From Lophium mytilinum (Eukaryota), in contig MU004190.1 of assembly GCA_010093605.1 (NCBI GenBank), forward strand, positions 992,001 to 1,056,000: DNA of 64,000 nucleotides, read 5' to 3'. A model generated the notes under the pieces. That model saw nothing but the letters and a program-made list of their open reading frames with translations, was not told where the DNA came from and searched no databases. This document shows, piece after piece, positions 61,773 to 64,000 of the stretch; position 1 is the first letter of the stretch, and every line of letters begins with the position of its first letter. The position numbers were made by a program, and so were the translations under genes.

Positions 61773-63350
61773 ATGGGCGACCCCCAATTTGCCAAGTACC
61801 CCAACCTCCAGCTCTCTCAACACGTCTTCCAGCTCACCAATCCATCGTCGCCGAAGGCCAGCAAGCAAGCTTCGCTCAAATCCCTCCAAGATGCCATCCG
61901 AGAACACAAGATGGCGCCTCTCTACAGGCATCTGGCTCACCCTGTAGAAGGCGTTCTGAATGCAACTGGGGAAGGCACCGCGTCACAGCCCGCTGGCCAC
62001 CGAAGACCCTCCTCAAGCGCCGCTACCTTTCTCGCCACGAAGAACCCTACTCTCGAGGTCAGCCTACCATGGGATGAGAAGCTATACGAGGAGTTGAAGA
62101 CGGAAAATGAGAAGGAACTGGAGGCCATCCAGAAGGAGGAGGACGAGGCGGCAGAGAAGGCTGGTGAAACGGAGGTGCAGACAGCTCGAGGAAAGCGGGC
62201 AGAATGCTATACACGCATCGGAGACAAGGTATGAAGGTCACTTTGGATTTCTATCTGACTAGACGCTGATCGTGTCTCCCTAGGAGAAAGCCATTGCAGC
62301 ATACGAAGCTGTGTTCGAAAAGACCGGCATTCTAGGCACGAAGATCGACATCGTGCTCGCCATAATACGTATCGGGCTTTTCTTCGGGGACAAGATACTT
62401 GTCAAGAAGACGGTAGAACGCGCAGGGACACTAGTGGAGAGCGGTGGTGACTGGGATCGTCGAAATCGCCTCAAGGCATACCAAGGGCTACACCTCCTCA
62501 CCGTTCGATCGCACGCCCAAGCCGCACCGCTTCTGCTCGACAGTCTATCTACCTTCACTAGCTACGAGCTTTGCAACTACTCCGCTCTTGTCATTTACGC
62601 TGTCCTTGCTGGTTCCGTGTCATTGAAGCGAGTCGACTTCAAGTCGAAGGTTGTGGATGCACCGGAGATCAAGGCAATTTTGGGTGATGGGGATGAAAAG
62701 TCATCTGCGCTATCTGGGAAGACGTCTGCAGGTGCAGGCGCTGGCGACGAGGAGATGCAGGACGGGCCTGCTTCTTCTGCAACCCCGCACGCAGCTGTCA
62801 ATCTGACTACCATCGGTCAGTCGCAGGCAGAGCAACAAGATGCTGAGGCGCCTGTTGATTTCACGGGGCTTGCCACGTTGGTTGGTAGTCTCTACAACGG
62901 AAACTACAAAGACTTCTTCGGCGCTCTGGCATCAGTCGAGGATGCGTTTCTCAGCCAAGACCGATATCTGTACGAGCATAAGAGTTGGTTCGTGCGTGAG
63001 ATGCGACTAAGAGGCTATCAACAGCTTCTCCAGAGCTACAGAGTGGTTGGCCTGACCAGCATGGCCAATGACTTCGGAGTGACCATTGATTTTCTGGACA
63101 GGTATGTTTTCGACCTATACCTTTCCTATTCCTTCCGCCCGCTAATGCAGCAACTAGGGACCTTGCCAAGTTCATTGCCGCAGACAGGATACCATGCACC
63201 ATCGATCGTGTCAAGGGTATCATCGAAACCAACAGACCAGACGACAAGAACAAGCAATACTCAGACGTGGTCAAGCAGGGCGATCAGCTCATCACGAAGC
63301 TTCAGAAGTACGGACAGGCGGTCCGATTACGGGGAAGTGAGAGGGGATAG
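61773..63350 (+). CDS. RPN7: 26S proteasome lid subunit Rpn7; 3 exons
   Basis: HKMAPLY, GGDWDRRNRLKAY, LLDSLSTFTSYEL, REMRLRGYQQLLQSYR, and last exon CTIDRVKGIIETNRPDDKNKQYSDVVKQGD. Confidence 0.96.
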
Positions 63351-64000
63351 GCGGGCAATTGGCTACAATAGTAGAGCATGCAGCACAGAGCATACAAGCG
63401 AGCTTGTAAAATGTAGACATAGACCAGCAATGCATCCACGCACTAAGACTCTGATTCGGCAGTGAGGCTCCTCACGGCGCAATGTCGAGATACTTCTAAT
63501 CTGTGTAGTTTGATTAACAGCAAGGTACCACTTTTATACTGTACATGACTCCGTATAAGGTCGGATGTCTCCGCTGTCTAGGTGGGGATTTATACACCAT
63601 CTCACCGTTTGCTTACCGCAACTTTAATCTGAGGTAGGTGCGCAAATCGGACACCGCCATTCTCCTTGTGAGATACATCCATCTCACCAACCCTCCGTTC
63701 CTCCATCATCATGTCCTGATCCCCATACGATCACTCCACCATCATTTTGCGGAGAAGCAGCAGGGTGGGGAGATGGCGCCAGGCGATAAGATAGTCGCGT
63801 CCATGCGCTCATCAACGAGAGCGATGGAGTCATACAAACAAACGGGCCGCCGCCACTTCAATATCAATGCATCACCGAAGCCAGTCTTGACTCTCCACGT
63901 GGGAGTACGAGGTAAATAATATATTCAGCGAATTCCCCCGTCTCTCCCCGAAAACCCCCATCCCACCCTAGAGAAAAGCATTGCGGGGCACGCGTTCCGT

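Noticed and set aside
63600..64000. Possible 3' end of a minus-strand gene at the window edge
   Set aside because: Short open frame without a recognisable domain; cannot be supported from this window.

Overview
Eukaryotic DNA from a filamentous ascomycete (Pezizomycotina, probably a Dothideomycete; this is inferred from intron signals, gene content and RIP-type mutation). The left 36 kb is a gene-dense housekeeping block with intron-containing genes: a small Cox26-like membrane protein, a roadblock/LAMTOR2-like protein, glyoxalase I, phosphoglycerate dehydrogenase, a pseudogene, hydroxyacid-oxoacid transhydrogenase, Zds1, Gem1/Miro, CreC, CreD, a cytosolic GH18 ENGase-like protein with an unexpected C-terminal UBA domain, Cdc28/NimX, AlkB and an Slm1-like BAR-PH protein. 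The right part is more accessory: a tRNA-like Pol III relic, an ABCG half transporter, a disrupted Moco-sulfurase-like gene, an aspartic protease with a probable premature stop, a DUF985 cupin, a 7.1 kb nested and heavily RIP-mutated DNA transposon complex, a secreted hypothetical protein, an SDR and RPN7. The most notable observations are the GH18-UBA fusion, the multi-gene D34E Tc1/IS630-like element with ~200 bp TIRs and no TA duplication, three GC-AG introns, and a putative mitochondrial isoform of glyoxalase I. Exon boundaries were inferred by eye and no searches were run.
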